DNA from: Carcharhinus amblyrhynchos
Lineage: Eukaryota
DNA length: 64,000 nucleotides
Assembly (NCBI GenBank): GCA_965287045.1
Contig: OZ336876.1
Span: 38,812,001 to 38,876,000, forward strand
Reading direction: 5' to 3'
The position numbers and the translations under genes were made by a program. Below are positions 62,201-64,000 of this stretch, one piece after another. Each line of letters starts with the position of its first letter. The stretch's first letter is position 1. The notes under the pieces are model-generated. The model did not search any database, was not told the DNA's origin, and was given only the letters and a program-made list of their open reading frames with translations.

Positions 62201-63513
62201 AGACGCTGGCGGGTGTCGTCTATAGGCCCCCGAATAATGATCTGGAGATGGGGCGGGCTGTTAACGCGCAAATAAGTGCGGCGTGCAGGAATGGGACGGC
62301 CGTAGTTATGGGGGATTTCAATCTGCATATTGATTGGTCGACCCATGTTGGACGCGGGGGGCTCGAGGAAGAGTTCTTGGAATGCTGCCGGGATAGTTTC
62401 CTCGAACAGTGTGTGTTGGAGCCGACGAGGGAGCGAGCTATCTTGGATCTGGTGCTATGTAATGAGGCGGGTAGAATTAGGGACCTTGTGGTGAAGGATC
62501 CTCTTGGGGAGAGTGATCATTGTATGGTGGAGTTTCTGGTGCAGATGGAGGAGGAGAAAGTGGGTTCCCGGACACGCGTCCTTTGTTTGAATAGAGGGGA
62601 GTACGGTAGGATGAGAGAAGAATTAGCGAATGTGGACTGGGGGAGCGCGTTGGAGGGAGGGTCTGTTGAGGAGCAGTGGAGGATCTTTAAGGAGATCTTT
62701 CTTGGTGCTCAGCGGAAATTTATTCCGATGGTCAAAAAGGATAGTAGGAGGAGAGGTAATAAGCCGTGGATAACGAAGGAGGTGAAGGAAAGTGTTAAAC
62801 TAAAAGCGGAGGGATTTAGAGTAGCTAAGAGTAGTGGGCGAGAAGAGGATTGGGAGAGGTTTAAATGTCAACAAAGATTGACAAAGAAGTTGATAAAGAA
62901 GGGTAGGGGAAACTATGAAGCTGGGCTAGCGCTCAATATAAAAAAGGATAGCAAGAGTTTTTATAAATATATAAAAAGGAAGAGGCTGGCTAGGGTGAAT
63001 GTTGGTCCTTTAGAGGATGAGAAAGGGGACCTCGTGGTAGGGGATGGGGTTATGGCTAAGGTATTGAATAACTTTTTTGTTTCTGTCTTCACGGAGGAGG
63101 ACGTGAATAATTTGCCGGGTGTTAGCAATGGAAAGGTGGTAGGACTGGAGGGTCTTAATGACATTACTGTTACTAGAGAGGCGGTGCTCGACAGACTGGA
63201 GGGGCTGATTGTGGACAAGTCCCCAGGACCGGATGGAATGCATCCGAGGGTTCTGAAAGAAATGGCGGAGGTGATAGTGGATGCCTTGGTGGTTATTTTC
63301 CAGACGTCGCTGGATTCCGGGGAAGTGCCGGATGATTGGAAAATGGCTAATGTTACGCCGTTGTTTAAGAAGGGTGCCAGGCAAAAGGCGGGGAATTATA
63401 GGCTGGTTAGTTTAACGTCTGTGGTAGGTAAAATGTTAGAATCTGTCATTAAGGAGGAAATTGCGAGGCATCTTGAAGGGAATTGCTTGATAGAGCAGAC
63501 GCAGCACGGTTTC
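62199..63513 (+). mobile_element. Inverted 5' segment of the same CR1 (EN C-half, linker, RT N-part), open frame
   Basis: VVYRPP, MGDFN, LDLVL, SDHCMV, KSPGPDG, QHGF; last ~570 bp nearly identical to 12210-12778. Confidence 0.96.
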
Positions 63514-64000
63514 TATTCATGGGCACAATGTCTCTACTCATTGTTGATGCACACTCTAAGTGGATGGATGTTTTTGGGATGTAGTCTTCTACATCACATG
63601 CTATCATTGAAAGATTATACCAATATTTTCCACCCATGGAATACCTGAAGTCATAGTGGCTGTCAATGGCACAGTATGCACAAATGCTGAGTTTCAAAAA
63701 TTCATCTCACTCAATGCTATAAAACACATTAGAACAGCACTTTACCACCTGGCATCCAAAGGACTAGATGAGTGAGCTGTCCAAACTTTTAACCCAGGCT
63801 TAAGAGGCATTTAGGAGGAACCCTGGAAACCAAACTCTTACACTTCCTTCTTGACTAGTGGACCACTCCATGTGCAATGACATGAGTCCCACAGCAAGAT
63901 TGGTACTGAACTGTTGCCTCAGAACGAGATTGAGCCTGTGTTTCCAAGTTTGCTGGGGAGGTTAGAGGCCAGCCAAAGCAGTCAGAAAGCAAGTCATGAT

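Larger units (their letters stand above)
60870..63990 (+). mobile_element. Gypsy integrase relic split by the inverted CR1
   Basis: RGYMWRPGIDAIIESLVKHCEQCQ; QIHINY | LFMGTMSLLIVDAHSKW; IKHIRTALYHLASKGLDE*AVQTF. Confidence 0.88.

Noticed and set aside
62194-63648. 484-aa ORF as a functional gene
   Set aside because: It is the inverted CR1 fragment with out-of-frame read-through into the Gypsy relic; no true start and an incomplete RT

Overview
Repeat-dominated vertebrate genomic DNA, very probably from a cartilaginous fish (shark). This is inferred from the HE1/V-SINE-type SINEs, CR1 (HER1-like) LINEs with (TTCTTATG)n/(TTCTATG)n tails and DeuSINE (SacSINE1-like) copies. I cannot identify an intact host gene; most short ORFs in the track are transposon fragments or noise. 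The window is a deeply nested transposon graveyard: CR1, Rex1/Babar, L2 and RTE LINEs, Penelope-like elements, Gypsy relics, PIF/Harbinger relics and SINEs. Most notable: (1) fold-back, TSD-flanked non-autonomous Penelope-derived elements carrying minimal hammerhead ribozyme motifs, one with an intact core at 51881-51914; (2) a young CR1 copy with a twin-priming-like 5' inversion inserted in a Gypsy integrase relic (61114-63513), nearly identical to a second copy at 12210-14061; (3) an unassigned, decayed coiled-coil-coding region at about 32-41 kb split by nested insertions; (4) a few unverified candidate exons. Family names come from motif recognition, not database searches. Boundaries of old elements are approximate.
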